A DNA stretch of 64,000 bases from Magallana gigas. Taxonomy: Eukaryota. Positions 28,002 to 42,991 of this stretch are shown here, in pieces; the stretch's first letter is position 1, and every line of letters begins with the position of its first letter. The notes beneath the pieces are model-generated. The model was given only the letters and a program-made list of their open reading frames with translations, did no database searches and was not told where the DNA came from. The position numbers and the translations under genes are program-made. The stretch spans positions 40,796,001 through 40,860,000 of the forward strand of contig NC_088854.1 of assembly GCF_963853765.1 (NCBI RefSeq), written 5' to 3'.

Positions 28002-31000
28002 TTCTGAGGAATCAGCAATGGGAATGGAGAATGTGTCTGAAGGCAGCACTAGATCTGAGTAAAAGCTAGCTGTTTCCTTGTTGTGTATGCTGAGTGATTG
28101 GAATGCTAACAAAATTAAGGCATACATGTACATTTATTGATCAGCAGATCCAAAACTTTATCAAAATATTTATACTGTTACAGTGTTTTCATTTGGTCCG
28201 GGTTTTTGTAATTGCCACAGCCAGTTTTAAGTTTGATTTCATAATATACATGTACATATATTAAAGTCTAATTTATATCTAACCACCAACAAAAAGGAGA
28301 AGGGGGGTGTTAAAACAGTGTTGGGGGAATCACAATCACATCAGTTACATAGAGTATTTTAAGAAAAATAGACAAAAGATTTGCTGGTTTGATTTGGGTG
28401 AAGAGGAAAGTTACAGCCATAGATAAATTCCATGAGCATTTAAATATTTGAATGCCCTATCTAGCTTTTACCACTAAACTGCTTTTTTCATTTGATTGTT
28501 ATGAAAACCTGAGAGCAACACTTTTATTTTTTGGGGGGAATATCTGTTTATATATGGACTGTAAGGTGATGGGATGTGTAGCTGGGTGTTGTGTGTGAGT
28601 GTAAATGTTATTGTATGGAGCCTGTGTTTTATGAAATCAGTGAAATTATGTGTTCCTCATGTTGATAGTTACATGTATATAAGTGATTGTATTCAATGGT
28701 CAATACTGATAATGAGTTTAATACCTACTGATAATAAACCACTGCACATTCATTTTCTCATGACATTAAAAGGCAATTTTCACATGTCATATTTCAAGGT
28801 TTTATGCAAAATGTTTACATAGCTAGGGTTTATAGATTTATTTGTGATAGATGTTACAGTATTTTTTAGGAGAAAAAGGAAAATTTTAATACCTAGAGTT
28901 CATTGATCTTTTGGGGTTTTTGGTAATATATAGTACAGTTTAAAACTAAAAAGGAAATGATGGAAAAGATGATCATGTGTAATTATTGTAGTAAGTTATT
29001 GCATAATTTTCATGTGAGAGTGTTTTTGACTGTTGTAATTTGTGCTTTGAACGAACATATTTAATGTCCTGTTTCATTGTGTGTTTGAATGGTATTTGCT
29101 GGTGGACAGTGATGAGTATACATGTACATGTTTAAATAAATGGGAATAAAACTGATACATAACTATCCTTCAAAGACGTTTTTTCTTAATGCACTATTGA
29201 AATAAATGTGAGGGAATTTTTAGGGGGGGGGGGGGGGGGTAACAAACTAATTCTGACATCAACCATTTTTTTATAAGGTCAGTTAATTAAAAATCTCAAA
29301 CTCCATGTAAGAATCATGTTTTCACAATGAGTTTTGTTACTGACCATCACGTTCTTAAAATAACTCGAGTACTGTAGTTACTGTACATGTATTGATTTGA
29401 CCAGCAGCTGTCTATTGCACACAACTACATGTTTACTGTGCATAAAATTCTGACCTTTAGGACCTGCCAGGGCAGAGGGCCTGTTGATGTTTAAGAAAGA
29501 ATAAAAAATTTAAATGTAAATAAGTGGTGCATACTATTTCTATTGTTTTAACAGAGACGATAGTTTAGAGGCAGAGTAACGAGTCATTTGTATATATACA
29601 TGTACAGTTTGTACATAATCTGATAATGTAGCAGCGCGGCTATGATATCTTTATTTTTGCTTGTTAGACTAACACAGATACATACTTATAGGGAAGCATT
29701 GATGACATTAGGTAAAAAAAATGACATAAATTATCCTATTAAGCTCTATAAATTTTAGTGCTGGGTAAATCAAATGTTTAAGTAAATTTTATAGAAGTAG
29801 AAAAAAAAACAGCGCAAAAACACAAATTGAAAACTGACACTGATTTGCGGTAATAATCGGTCATTATATGAAGCAGTCGTGCACCAACAGTAGAAGTTGA
29901 TTTAGCTCCGAGAAAGAAGAAAAATGATCTAGCTGCTTTCAAAAGAGACATGTATGTAGGCTACAGAATTTCAAACGATGAATAGAATTGAGTGCGCCAG
30001 TGAATAGGATGGTGTTTGGTTTCTTTGAATACTCAGACAATTTCTCATTGAGTGCAAATACTTGTTAATCAGGAAGAGATTTTCAATAGTTTAAATTCAT
30101 TTAATTTTAAATGTCCATCCATGTCAGTGAAAAAAAACCCTATATATCAGGTTATGTGTTGCAGTTCAAAAAAGTTACTGTTGCTGTCTTGATGAACACA
30201 CTTCTAACAAAATGAGATATGATAGACACCCAAAAAAAGGGGGGGGGGTGGTGTGTTAGAATAATTGCTAATGGAAAATACCATGGCATCATTACATCTA
30301 TCGAGTAGGATTTCCTCTATTTCTTACGGAAACATGTAGTTAATTCACAGCTCTATAAAAACAACTAGACTGAAATCTACACGCCCCGCTTATCGATTGT
30401 TCGAAACATACAGTGACCTAAGAAAATTCACGGACTGCACGAAATAATCATGATGATGTCAGACTCAAATTCCCGTAGGAGACGATTTGGCTGTTTCCTT
30501 CGGCTAACGTACTGATGTACATTTACAACAATTTGGTTAATTTCTCTTACTTTTTACGATCAATGTGTTAAAGAAAGATGTAAATATAAACAATAAAAAG
30601 GTTTCTTTCAGTTGATGATTCATGTGGGTTATGATTGAAAGTAGCGATCATTGCAGAAAAAAATTACATAATGCGGGTTATGTATTTTTCCTGCAATTTC
30701 GCCATCTTCATATCCCGAATGAATCACCAAAGAAATCATTTTATTGTTTAAATGATATTAACGCGAAGGATGTACCAATATACAACCCACGTAACGCAAA
30801 ACATGGCACTGTCATTTTGTTTTGAAGAACTGCGAGTACTGCGTTTGTTGCTCAACAATCAGCATTCAAGTTCTGGTTACCCATTAGAAATAACTCGATA
30901 AACTTGAAGCATTGCAAACATTAAAATAGGACAACTAAAACTTAAAAAACATTTTATCTATTATCGTGACGAAGCCCTATTGAATAATTCTCTATTGAAA

Positions 31001-33682
31001 TTTTCATTTCATTTTCATTCTAGATCTTACGATGTGTCTTTAAGTTAGATGAATGTTCTCGTGATAAACGCAGACCTCATGCACTCTTTAGTTACGCTAG
31101 ACATTTCCGGGTACGTGCCAATATATTACGGTTTTTCGGAGAGGTGACAAACAGCGTTGTATTATATAATGCAGATATTTCCAGGCAACACGCGAAGTAG
31201 GTGACTTTCTTGTGACACTGGTGCCATGTGATTTCTCTATCGAACCAATCGCAAACCAAGGTCAGTGTGTACTGACAAGAAGTTGGCGAAAACAGAACGA
31301 AATTTTTAGTAACTACTTTACTTTTATTATTGGTGGCACTCAAGGGGTCTAGAATCTACAACGTGCTGACATTTAAGGATTATTACTTTACTCGAAATGC
31401 AGTATCACATGCTCAGAATCATGAATAGGCATTTTTTGGATGTTTTTTTTTTAATCTGACCGAATTGTGTAATTTTCGATTGAATTAGTTTGCAAGTACG
31501 ATATTTTTTGTAAAAATACTTATATGTACATGCAATTTATTAAAGGACTTAGAAAAGTTTAATCTAGGAATGACGTTCTTTAGTATTTCTTTGAATGTAC
31601 AATCGTTACTTTTTATGGGAACATTTTTTAATTGTTCAATTTACTATTCACATCCACTTCTTGGATACTTCATTTATTTTCATGATATAAGCTTTCAGAA
31701 AGATATTTAATACTTTCTTTCTTACAGTTCCTCGTAATAATAGTACAAGTTTATGTAAGAACTTTTAATGAGAGCAAGTACAAGTAATTAGCGAAACTTT
31801 TAAACAACTGTTAGAACCATAACTAATATTAATAAAATTGCATTAGCTTTTAGTGAAACTAAAGACCAGCGGTAAACCAATTTAATCTTTTTTTTCTAAT
31901 TAGTAATTAACGTTAATCAAGACCTTTTGGGGTTTTTTTTCTTTTAGATTAAAAGGTAGAATAATTTTAGTGCATTAGTATTTTTGCTAGGAGACACATT
32001 CAGATTTATGAGAAATTTTAAAATTCATGAAATTTCAAGGACACACCATACATCAAAGTTTCCATAAACATACTGTTTCGTAGTGCTATTATATTAACAT
32101 AGAAATGTTGTTTTGTTAATGATCAAGAGAATATTCAGTGATTGTAAGAGGTATATTTTCATTGTCAGAAACACGTCTTTTTAATACAAATATTCGTAAA
32201 GCTGATTATATTGAAGGTTAGTACATGTATAACTTTTTTTTCTGTGAAGAGGAGAAGAAGTTTTCCCAACAATATTTTTAGATGTTTTTCTTTTACTTTC
32301 GATATTGATGTATTTTTGTTCAACATATCATATCTTTAAATGTTCAAAGGTACATGTATAATCCTTTCTTACAAAATGAGAAATAGCTTTATTTAGTGTG
32401 GTTAATAGTTAATTAATTTTTTGCACAGAGAGAGAGAAAGAGAGAGAGTTTTGACTGTATAAAGTCTATATATTACAGGTTTCTATTTTTTCCAAATTTG
32501 CTTATTGCATTTATTCTGGAGGATATACATTCGTTCAATACATAATTAACATTGGTAGTTATGATAGTCCTGGCCCCTAAAAAGAATAGAGACTCTTTGT
32601 TATTTAATACGTATAAATGTACACACAATTGCATTTTCCAACAAATATTAACCAAATACTTGATTCGACTGCCAGGGATTGATTTCGAACACCTCTGTTT
32701 GAGCAAAGGACTCATAAGAAAATTCTTCAATGTGTATATGGTACTCTGAATGAACTTGAAACAAAATATGAAATAACACGGATGATAGTCTTTAGTTATA
32801 TAAACATCTTCATGCGAGTATCAATATTAATAAGATTGATTTACCAGTAGGTACAACTCCAATTCGGGGATACTCGAGATGTTTGCAAAATTGTTTAAAA
32901 CATGAATGGTCCACTCTGATAAAAACTAAAAGGAAATCATACGAATGATAATGGGAGATTATAAACTTACGCGTTTTTCTTGCTAATCACAAGTGTACGA
33001 CCAACCTAATCTTTATGATATATTTATCCTGTCGGTCACCACAATCTTGCCAGAACAAGATTTTTAAAAATATGGCAATGCATGATCCCATATATGTTAC
33101 TGACATAAATATTTTTTTTAATCAAGTTAAAAGCATTTGCATCAGAGTATTTCTTATGTCATGTTATTAATTGCTCAATTTTGTTAATACAAATTTAATT
33201 TAATTTTTATGCAATTTTAAATAATGTAAAATTATGCGCAGAATCGAAGCCTTTTTTTTAATGCGAAGTGCAACACTCCTTATCGAAATCAAGGTCGTAC
33301 CTTTTCAAAGTAAATACAGAACATAGAGAAGCCAATGAGAGATTACGGATAACTTTTCAAAAAAACACGTGCTCCTTTTTAAAGCATTTGGTGTTTGATA
33401 TACGGACTTTTCTCTAAGGTTTTTTATGCGAGAGATTTGTTTGCACATTAAGAACATTCCCAATTATCATTGGCACAGGTCAGAGGTAAAAATGGGGAGT
33501 GTTGATAGATAATGCAACTGCCAATCATGTGAGACGCTTGCATTTAAACTTTATGATATTCGATAAGATATCTAGCTGTCATCGTCATGAGTGTTTACAT
33601 GTCGTCCCTTCCTGGTGAGACATGTTCTTTACTTGCTGTGACTACTTTTTGATGTAGATAGTATAATCTTCTTAAAAACAAG

Positions 33683-35093
33683 ATGGCCGGTGGAGGTATA
33701 AACGCCGATAATATATCCTTTTTTGAAAATATGACTGAAACCAACATCTCTACAACATGGCCCCCAGTTTCAAATTCATCAACAAATTTGACAGAGTTGG
33801 AAAGCAGTCAAATGGACTCCGATCCGTACGTAGATGTGATGACGGATGTCTCCAAATATTTTTGGATTGTGTTATCCCCGATTCTTTTTGTTGTTGGAGT
33901 GACTGGCAATCTATTGACAATTGGCGTCTTGAAGAAAATAAAATTCCACAAGAAGCCTCCGTATTTCTTTCTGTTCGTCTTAGCACTGAGTGATATCATG
34001 GTACTTTGTGTCGGACTCAGCCGGTACTGGATCAGAGAGACGTTTCTGGTCGACGTACGCACTTTATCAAACTTTGGTTGCAAAGTTAATCTTTTCTGCA
34101 TTTATTGGTCCATGCAGTTTTCCTCTTGGATTCTAGTTTGTGTTGTTCTAGAACGTTGTATTAAGACAAATTTTCCATTGAGGTACCCACGATTAGTAAC
34201 AATGCCCAGATGCATAATGTTGGTGCTTTTTCTGACGGTGTTCCTTTCAGGGGTGGACCTGCATTATTTCTGGACAAATGGTTTAATTTCAGAGGATTCC
34301 GAAATAGATTGTACTTCTCTGACAGTGGGGTACTTCAATTTTGAAGAATTTATATTTACTTACGTAGACTTTTGTGTTCTTTCTGCAATACCATTTCTAC
34401 TCATGATTGGGATGAATATGTTCATTATTCGTGTCATACGAAGGTCTAGGGAATTCCGAAAGTCCACCGTTAGAAACAAAAGTACAAACAAAAAACTGAA
34501 GAAATTTGATGTCAAACTAACAAGAATGCTAGTCTATACAAGCCTTTACTTTCTCTTGGCCACTTTGCCTATAAGTGTATATTTCATCGTTGATTCTTAT
34601 CAAACAGACCTTGACGAACGCGATTCCGCAAAAATGGATGTTGTTTGGACAGTTTCATACCTAGTTCAATTTTCTAATTATACATTCAACTTTTTCCTGT
34701 ATAATTTGACAAATAAAAGATTCCGAGCCAAGTTCATCGAGATGATCAAATGTAAATCAGCAGTAAAGAAAAGGTACTTTCAATTTTTATATCTGCAGCA
34801 ATCTTTGACTTACATGTAGTTTTCGAATTATATTTCCTAAATTGTCACATATCTCTTATTCAGCGATTGAGTCCGAGGTATTACTTTAATGATCAGAAAC
34901 ATAAGACTGTGTTTAGTATATTATTATTCATTTATGTATTTTACAATCATGTCTGTTCTTTGCACTTTGCAGGAAGTCTTCGAAGAATGAATCTGTATAC
35001 AGCGTTCAAACGGCGGAAACATCTCTTGGAACAGAAACTTCTTTCGGTACCGAAACTAGCAGAGTCTCAGAAGAGATGTCATCGGGCGAATGA
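33683..35093 (+). CDS. Class A (rhodopsin-family) GPCR, FMRFamide/peptide-receptor-like, copy 1; 2 coding exons, 403 aa
   Basis: Seven hydrophobic segments, GN in TM1, LALSD in TM2, TM3 Cys, ERC in place of DRY, ECL2 Cys, TLP in TM6 and NFFLY in TM7. Exon 1 is 33683-34773 (AG|GTACTT); exon 2 is 34973-35093 and encodes KSSKNESVYSVQTAETSLGTETSFGTETSRVSEEMSSGE*. Confidence 0.92.
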
Positions 35094-37538
35094 ATACCAG
35101 AAGATGTCTGCGTTTGGCATGTTCATATTATTTTCTTGTTTGGCAGACCAGTGAATGTTTCCCAAGTAAAACTCTTTTAACCTCTACCCAAGAGAACCTT
35201 TGGTCTAGATGGAAAGACGTTCTAGTGCAGAATTGTTGTATTTTGATAAATATATGCTTGACAGACAGTTTACAGTCAAATCATATATGATTTCGTTTAA
35301 TTTGTTGTCATGTATGTCTTGTCTTTCAAAATTATATCCCCTGTGAAACGCGAATTGCATAAAATAATGCGTTAAAATTCAATAATTTCATGTTTCATGA
35401 AATTCAAAACATAGTGAACAAGCTATCATTTCCCCCAGATCACCAAAAATAACATTTGTTATTTTATGTATGCCCTATAATTCTAGTCAACTATTTATTG
35501 CTTTTGTCAAAGGCACTGTTGTTTAAAATTTGTTGTAGTATTGTATTTGTTATTATTCTAATAAAATTGTAATTATTATGAGTTGGTTTATGAATGATTT
35601 TTCATAAAAAAAGGTTTTTTTTCGTAGTTCAAGTCAACATGCTTCGTATAATGTAAGATATTTTTTTCAGTAATCATTCATTCACTAGAATGTATAGTTC
35701 ATGCTTGTGTTCACTATGAAAAAGGGTAATGCATATAGCTATATACATGTATTAAAATTTATAGAAGGTCATTTTACTTTTATATATGTACTATGTATTT
35801 AATTATTTTTTTCATTGCCGTTCCAGGATATCAGATATCATAAAGAACAGACATTTATACAGGTGTTTTTTTTAATTTTTATTACTAAATGAGTAATAAT
35901 AGATATCTTAACCTGAAAAATATGAAAATTAGTTGAATTCAAATTGATAACAATTTTTAAAAAAAAAAGGTGCATATCCTCTGCATTTGTAGATTTTCTA
36001 TTTAAAAAATATTTACGCCAAAAGTGAAGAAATATAATCTAATACTGTCATTTGGTGTAATTGAGCAACAGTTACCTACAGTTACTAAGTCGTATTAACC
36101 TAGTTAAAAATAACTAGGTGGTGTTATGTTGTGGAAGAATCAATAATACACTTTTTTACAATTTAATTTCTTCCGGGTCCAATTCATGATCAACAAAAGG
36201 CAAAATTTATTCAGATTTCTTTTTGTATGACGTAAGAAGTAAACACTTGCATATAACATTAGGAAGGCCTCAATTGAATTCATTTTCTCAAGCGATAGAG
36301 ATGTGCTCTGTGATACCTTTCACCATCTCTGAATTACATTTGTGCCATTTAATGTTTCATTTTTTATATTTTTGAATAATTGATAAAAAAATATATCAAT
36401 ATCCATTGCTCCTGTAGTCAAATCATGCCTATGCATATTATAATGGAGAATAAAAAATACTAGTAAATCATTTAAACTCTCTAAAACGATTTTTTTCCCG
36501 TTCTTTATTTCAAATAGGATATCCATTTGTTGAATCATTTTAAAAATTATCAACGGACTTTATACAGCCCACGTTAAGAATATCTCGTCTAAATCAGATT
36601 AAATAGAGATCAACGCCTTTAAAATATTATGTAATTGATAAAAGATAAAAGACTTTATTCTTTTAGAAAAAAAATCAAAATTTTACTGTTGATCAGTGAA
36701 TGAGATTAGGCATAACTCAGCTCAATTTTTATTAAAAGTTTATTATTTTGAATGTATTTAACATTTTTTTTATCTTGATTATTTTTTGTCAATGTTACTT
36801 TTGTCACATTACTGTATAAATTGTTAATGTTGAATACATAATTATATCACTTATCCACAGAGAGCAAACAATATTTAATTCGTTAGAACATATACGTCTA
36901 AATATTTTGAATTTATATATTCAATAAATGACGTCACAATGAATTCTACGCGATGCAGATACATGTATATGTAAATGACTTATTATGCTTCTAAATAGAA
37001 ACATTTCAAAAGACTTATTCCTATGTCACACATCTTACAGGGCTGAACAACAATATATGCATAAGTGTAAAAATCCAAATTTAAAGATGAATCATGAGTA
37101 GTAAATGACAAAATTAACTATTTAACTATTTTTGGGTTTTGAAAAACATCATATACAATATGTAACAATTTTTTTTTCTATGCTGAGAATAGAATTATGA
37201 AAACAAACCAATGAAATTATCATAAGGGCAGTTGAAATACCCATGGTTTCAAACTGTTCATTAAATTATTGAGATATTTAGTTGATATTATTTAGAGGAA
37301 AAAACTTGTGGTAAAATTTTTCGACTTTATTTAAGTAAAATTTGTCGAAAACTTACCTGCAAGATTATATGAAACAAAGAATTCATCTACTGTCACCTTA
37401 GTTTAACAGAACTTACCATGTTACAATTATTTCTTGTTTATTTTGTACTTTGATTATTTTAAGTTGAGTTAAAATCTTGTTACTTTTCTTTTAAAAACAA
37501 TTATGAAAGAGACATACTAGTGACTTGCTATCATTGAT

Positions 37539-37690
37539 TTCTGTGGGATCATAACAAAATTGTCTGCGGAGGATCAATATTCATGGCTTTCGCGGGTAAC
37601 CCTTGCCCACGGAATAACGCCCTCGCGAATCAGGAAAATTTTGCCTTCCCGCAAACCTTGACCTCCACAAACAAAATTGATTCCATAGTA
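37539..37690. mobile_element. Degenerate short MITE of the (TA)CTGTGGAATCA...TGATTCCACAG(TA) type
   Basis: ctgtgggatca...tgattccatagta termini and an internal cgcgggtaacccttgcccacg motif shared with the copy at 59973-60174. Confidence 0.55.
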
Positions 37691-37708
37691 TGTCTTTATA
37701 ATTCTCAT

Positions 37709-38173
37709 GGGACCTAGACGCGACTTGAGCTCAACATTTTTAAATTTTATTTTTTAATTGTTAAAATGTGTATAATAGTTAATATGAGTAATTTTAATGT
37801 TTTATCAAAATTGAAAAGTCAAATATCGAGTAACAAGCAAGATTCGGGGCTCAAAAACTTGTACATGTATTGGTATAAGTTCAATCAACTTTTGCTTTTT
37901 GTTGACAATATTCTTTATAACCACATTATATTAATTTACGTTGCTTGTCACGAGTCATTTTGATAAAGGTTAATTTCTCACTCTCATTTATTTGCAAACA
38001 AATATAAGACTCAAGATTTCTTTACATAAAAATACATTCTCTGTATCTCGATTGTTACTTGACTTCTAACATTCAAATTTTGGTCAATCATTCAAACTGC
38101 ACAAGTAAACCATTATATGCATACAAAATTAAAGAATAAAATTTTGTTCCAAATCGTGTCTAGGTCCCTTTAA
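37709..38173. mobile_element. Kolobok-like MITE, family 2 copy A
   Basis: GGGACCTAGACGCGACTT...AAATCGTGTCTAGGTCCCT-TTAA; internal sequence homologous to 44893-45406. Confidence 0.72.
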
Positions 38174-41100
38174 CAAAGGATAACATACATTGATACATTT
38201 ATAAGAATAGTTACATACAATAGTTATACAATGGACATAAGATCAAAGATATCATTTTATATTGACTTTTCCATAAAAATGAGATAGATTACTAGGAAAT
38301 CATTCAAATGATGAGGGAAGATAACAGGTTATGAAAATGTCTGTGAACATTTGTGCTAAATACATTTGATTGACGTTAATCTTTATCAAACCTATGTCCC
38401 CCTAGATATTATCGACTAACCACATAAGTAAAGCTATTTTTATTTTTATTTTTATTTATGTATTAGGTCTAAATCTGGTTTGAAACTATAAATGATTGAA
38501 GCAGGATTCAAATTCAATGTCAGATTATAGGTAATAGTTGATTTAAATTAAAAAAAACTTACGAAAGAAACTTCTTTCAGTAAATATTGATATTTACACA
38601 CATAAAGTATAGTAAGAGCATTGGTTGTAACGAGTTATGACAGCATGCCTATGGGATGCATGTGATTAATTAAAGGAATATCAATCATTATTATTATATT
38701 TGAACATTACCATTTGAAATGAAGGTTTGTAGATCCTGGATGATCCATGTATTTGCCCAAACTACCACTCAACTGTTTTATTATTAATTATTTTGTAGTT
38801 TTCTGTAGATAAGACAAGACAATATGCTAAGAAGTGGTGGTCAGAACGTTTTTCGTTTTTCATAATTTCATTCTGTTTTTCATCTTGTATCAAAAAAGGT
38901 AAAATATAAAATTATAAGACTGTCATTAAATGTGAACTTGACTATTTATTGCTTTGATATTATCTCTGTTTCAAATTTGTTAATCTATTGTTTGTGTTAT
39001 TATCTTGAGATTTAATCATCATTTCATTTTGCCCCCCCCCCCCAATTATTAATGATCCTTGATGTCGAACATTATTATTATATTATTCTATTACATATAC
39101 AATATTCTTTTTACAAAACAACTAAGAACATTTATTATAGTATGCGGAACGAAACAGGTGGAATTTTAATTTTCAACTATGTGAATTCAAAGTAAATAAG
39201 TAGTAGCTGGAAATTTTGATTGCAGCATTTAGGTTTTGTTCCTGAATTCAAAACCTAAACTATGTTACTTCTATGTTAGTTTAATTTCATTTTATTGTCT
39301 TCTTAATGGTTTTAATTAAATGATTCGTCAGTGTGAAATCAAACTTGATATCCAGAAAGGCTAATGAAGGTCACAACCCCACAGAGTGAAGATAAAAACA
39401 CATAATCAATAATAAAATATTTCTACAAAACATAGGATTGTTATTATCAGACTTCTTCTGATGCTATGCAATCCTTGACAGAAGGTCCTTCAACATGCAG
39501 ACTTCATATGGCCTACTTTAAGAAGTTTTTCGACTCATACTTCAATTTTCATTTGATAACGATCAACTTCTTTTAAATATTATGTAATTTATATATAAAA
39601 GAGGTTCCTTTTGGGGAAAAACCACCACAACTCATAACTTTGCTGTCTGGTTAAAAAGAGATATAAAATTTTACAAGATCAGGTATTATACCTGGGACTG
39701 TTAGTCAAAATAATTCATAAAACAATGAACCAGTTTATGTCCATTTCTAGTAATCGCTATCTTAGATACTATTGTCAGCGTTGTACGTGCATTCTCTATA
39801 CAACAGATGGTTTTGCTTTGATAAAGTTGAAGAGTTTCAAATGATTTCTTAATAGAGATGGTAGTAAATTGGATATAATTTAATTTAAATTTAAATTTAA
39901 ATACAAATGCATTTGATATATATTTGTGACCGGTAGTTTTTGAAAATGAAGCTCATTTTTAAGGGGTTAAACTACTCTACTCAGATACTATGTAAATTGA
40001 ATGTCTAGACATGATTATACATGTAATATATTTTAATTTTTTTACATTAAAAAATATAGAACTGGTATTATATAATAATCCTGAATAGTTCACTAAACAA
40101 TTTATTTTCCTATCCTTAGATTGCGGTTGTCAAAAATTGTTTTCGCTTATACATCAAACTTGGTTTTCAATTTTGTCGGTGGCTTTGAATTGCAAGGCAG
40201 TTAATCATGCTTTATTTAAAAAAAATAAAATAAGAATATTGTCACTCGGTTTTAAACGCATTGCACTCCCTGTATTTTCGTACCAACCAAATCTCCTTTA
40301 CCGTGGACAAACTTCCTTGTTCAAGCCACATAACCCAAACCCGTCAGACGACAAACAATGCAGTGAATTGAATTTAAACCACGGTTTGCTCAAAAGTGTC
40401 CATTTTCAGTTACGTATAGAACTCGCACGTTTTCTAGCCTTTCACACGTTTTCTTGCTTTCAATACCGGTAAATGTACGTTTCTCAGAACAACTTGAAAA
40501 TGATTTGCAGTTGTGTTCTTGAACATTTTTATTTCCATTTCTAGGAATCAGAAAAATGTACTGTGCAATTTTATGGCATATGTACTTGTATTCATGGTAA
40601 GGTAAGAAACTGGGTACATAAATATTTTAAAATGACTTTGAATCATGTTTTAGCTGATGATTGGAAATTTCCAATTTAACGTTTTTTATAAAAAGACTTG
40701 ATCATTGATTATGGCGAACCCATTCAGCTAAATATTGCAAATGTAATTAATGTCGAGAGAAAACAAATATAATAAAGATTTGAATCATGATACGGATATA
40801 ATGCAATCAGCAAAACAACTTTTATGTCTAATAAAATCCAACGATACAAATATTTCATTACGGTTCTTCCTTTTTTACCTGAACTATAATCAAAAACATC
40901 TCCAGAAGCTTGTTTGCAATGCATATATTTCCTTTTCTTTTTTCCACTCGAGAGAGAGCACAATTACACAATGTTACAAGTATATAGAGCGTACGATTTC
41001 AAAGAAACCAGTATTGATCTATTTATTCTTTTTTCCTATTGAACCCAACTACTCATTATTGCGATATTTTAAACATTATTTTAAAAAACGAGAGCGCGTG

Positions 41101-41568
41101 TTCAAACATTTGAGAATAGTTAAAGAGAATAGTAAAGATTGCGCTAGGTCAGATGCTTATTTGATATCTGATCATCTGTTTGGGTTTTTAAATTCGTTTT
41201 GTTTCTTTTTCGATTTTTATTGGGAAAAGTAAATAGTTTTTTAAAGTTGATTATATATATCTTATAATTAGGTAAATAGTTTTGCAATGTTATCGATGCT
41301 GATCATTTTTTATTGATCCAAAAATAGAACACCTTTTTGAATTTGTATTTTCCTGCTCTAACCGTACAACAATTGCATAATAAATTATTTATACTTCCCG
41401 AGATACACGTGGTATGTTAACGTTGACAGATAGGGGTAAAGGCCCTTTATATGATTCAAATAGTTATTCGTAGTTGAATCAAGGAGTGCTGTAATCATGT
41501 GTTTCTTCTGTGTGAATCTTTAAACATACTACAGGTAAGACGCTTCATTTAAGGGGAAAATCTGGACG

Positions 41569-42991
41569 ATGGATACAGTGACAAATTCTATGAACCTTAC
41601 CAACTTCACGACACAAGGTCATGTTGTGTATCAAACATCGACGACAATGAATTCATATGAAGATATAGATGAAGTAGCCGCTTACCTGTGGAAAGCCATA
41701 TCGCCAATCATTTTTATCGTTGGAATGACAGGAAATATGATCATTGTGGTGGGCTTGAAGAAAATGAATTTTCAAAGGAGACCGCCGTATATCTTTTTGT
41801 TCGTTCTTGCAATATTTGACATGGTGGTCCTGTGTGTGGGCTTAAGCCAGTACTGGGTTTTGTACACGTTCGACTACAACCTGCGCTTAGTAGGTGAAGC
41901 AGGCTGTAGAATTAGCCTCTTTGTCATTTACTGGTCCATGCAGTGTTCATCGTGGATTCTGGTGTGTGTTGTGTTCGAGAGATTCCTGAAAATCAAGTTT
42001 CCACTGAAGTACATGAGGTTTGTGACCATTCCAAGATGTGTTCGTGTAATCGTCATCGTCATGGTGATATTAGGTGGAATAGACATGCATTTGTTGATTA
42101 CCAATGGAATAAAATTTGATAAAAATGAAACGAAGTGTACCTCATTAAACGCAGATTACCTTTACTACGACGAATATGTTTTTATATGGGTTGATATGAC
42201 GTTCGTTTCCATTCTTCCATTTTTACTCATGATTTCCATGAACGCTGTCATGGTTAATGTGCTTCGCCAATCTCGTGAGTTTCGTCGACACAGTGTTCCG
42301 AATACGATGACAATGAACCGTATGAACAGATTTGATAAAAGACTAACTACAATGCTTTTGGTCACCAGTATCTACTTCCTGTTTACAACTCTTTTGATCT
42401 CCATTTATTATATAGTGGACACGTACAAGAAATCAAAAGGCAATTATACAGCGGCAGTGAAAGAAATAAGTTGGACAATTCTATATTTATTCCAGTTTAC
42501 TAATTATGCTATGAACTTTATCCTGTATACTTTGTCCAATAAAAGGTTTAAGAAAAAGCTCCTGGAAGTTTTCAGACTTAGTTCAAGCAATTCAAGGTAA
42601 ATCTTTTTTATTATACATTATCAATGGTAAATCGTGACTTAACTTATATGAATCGAGAGATTTTTTAACTTTTAATTTTTTTAGCATACAAAATACTATT
42701 TTTTAGTTATTAATAAATTCAATAACAAGAGTAGTGTCTTTGTTTCCAAGCAAAAATTGCCAAGCTTAATGCAATGTTTTTTTCTTTTACAGTTATAACA
42801 ACGGAAGTTCAAGATCGACAAATAGAGCATCTGTGTACAGTGTTGATATAACTGAAGCCTCAATCGGGTCAGAACCCGAACCCGAACAAATGACAAACAT
42901 CAACGGGGGAGATTCACACAACAGCGGTTCAAAAGAGACAACCGTTGGTAATGGTAATAATCACCAATTACACAATGGTGTTTTACATTGA
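41569..42991 (+). CDS. Class A GPCR, peptide-receptor-like, copy 2; 2 coding exons, about 408 aa
   Basis: Clear paralog of copy 1 (PPYIFLFVLA, LCVGLS, YWSMQCSSWILVCVVFERF, CTSL, NFILY). Exon 1 is 41569-42596 (AG|GTAAAT); exon 2 is 42793-42991, and its tail RASVYSVDITEASIGSE aligns with ESVYSVQTAETSLGTE of copy 1. Confidence 0.92.

Noticed and set aside
33750-34101. Overlapping and antisense ORFs inside GPCR copy 1 (and similar ones at 42165, 54430, 54946, 19943, 18021, 431, 2766)
   Set aside because: Shadow frames of real coding exons with no recognisable motifs.
40750-41232. 160-aa ORF upstream of GPCR copy 2
   Set aside because: Low-complexity AT-rich composition, no domain motif and no convincing splice context.
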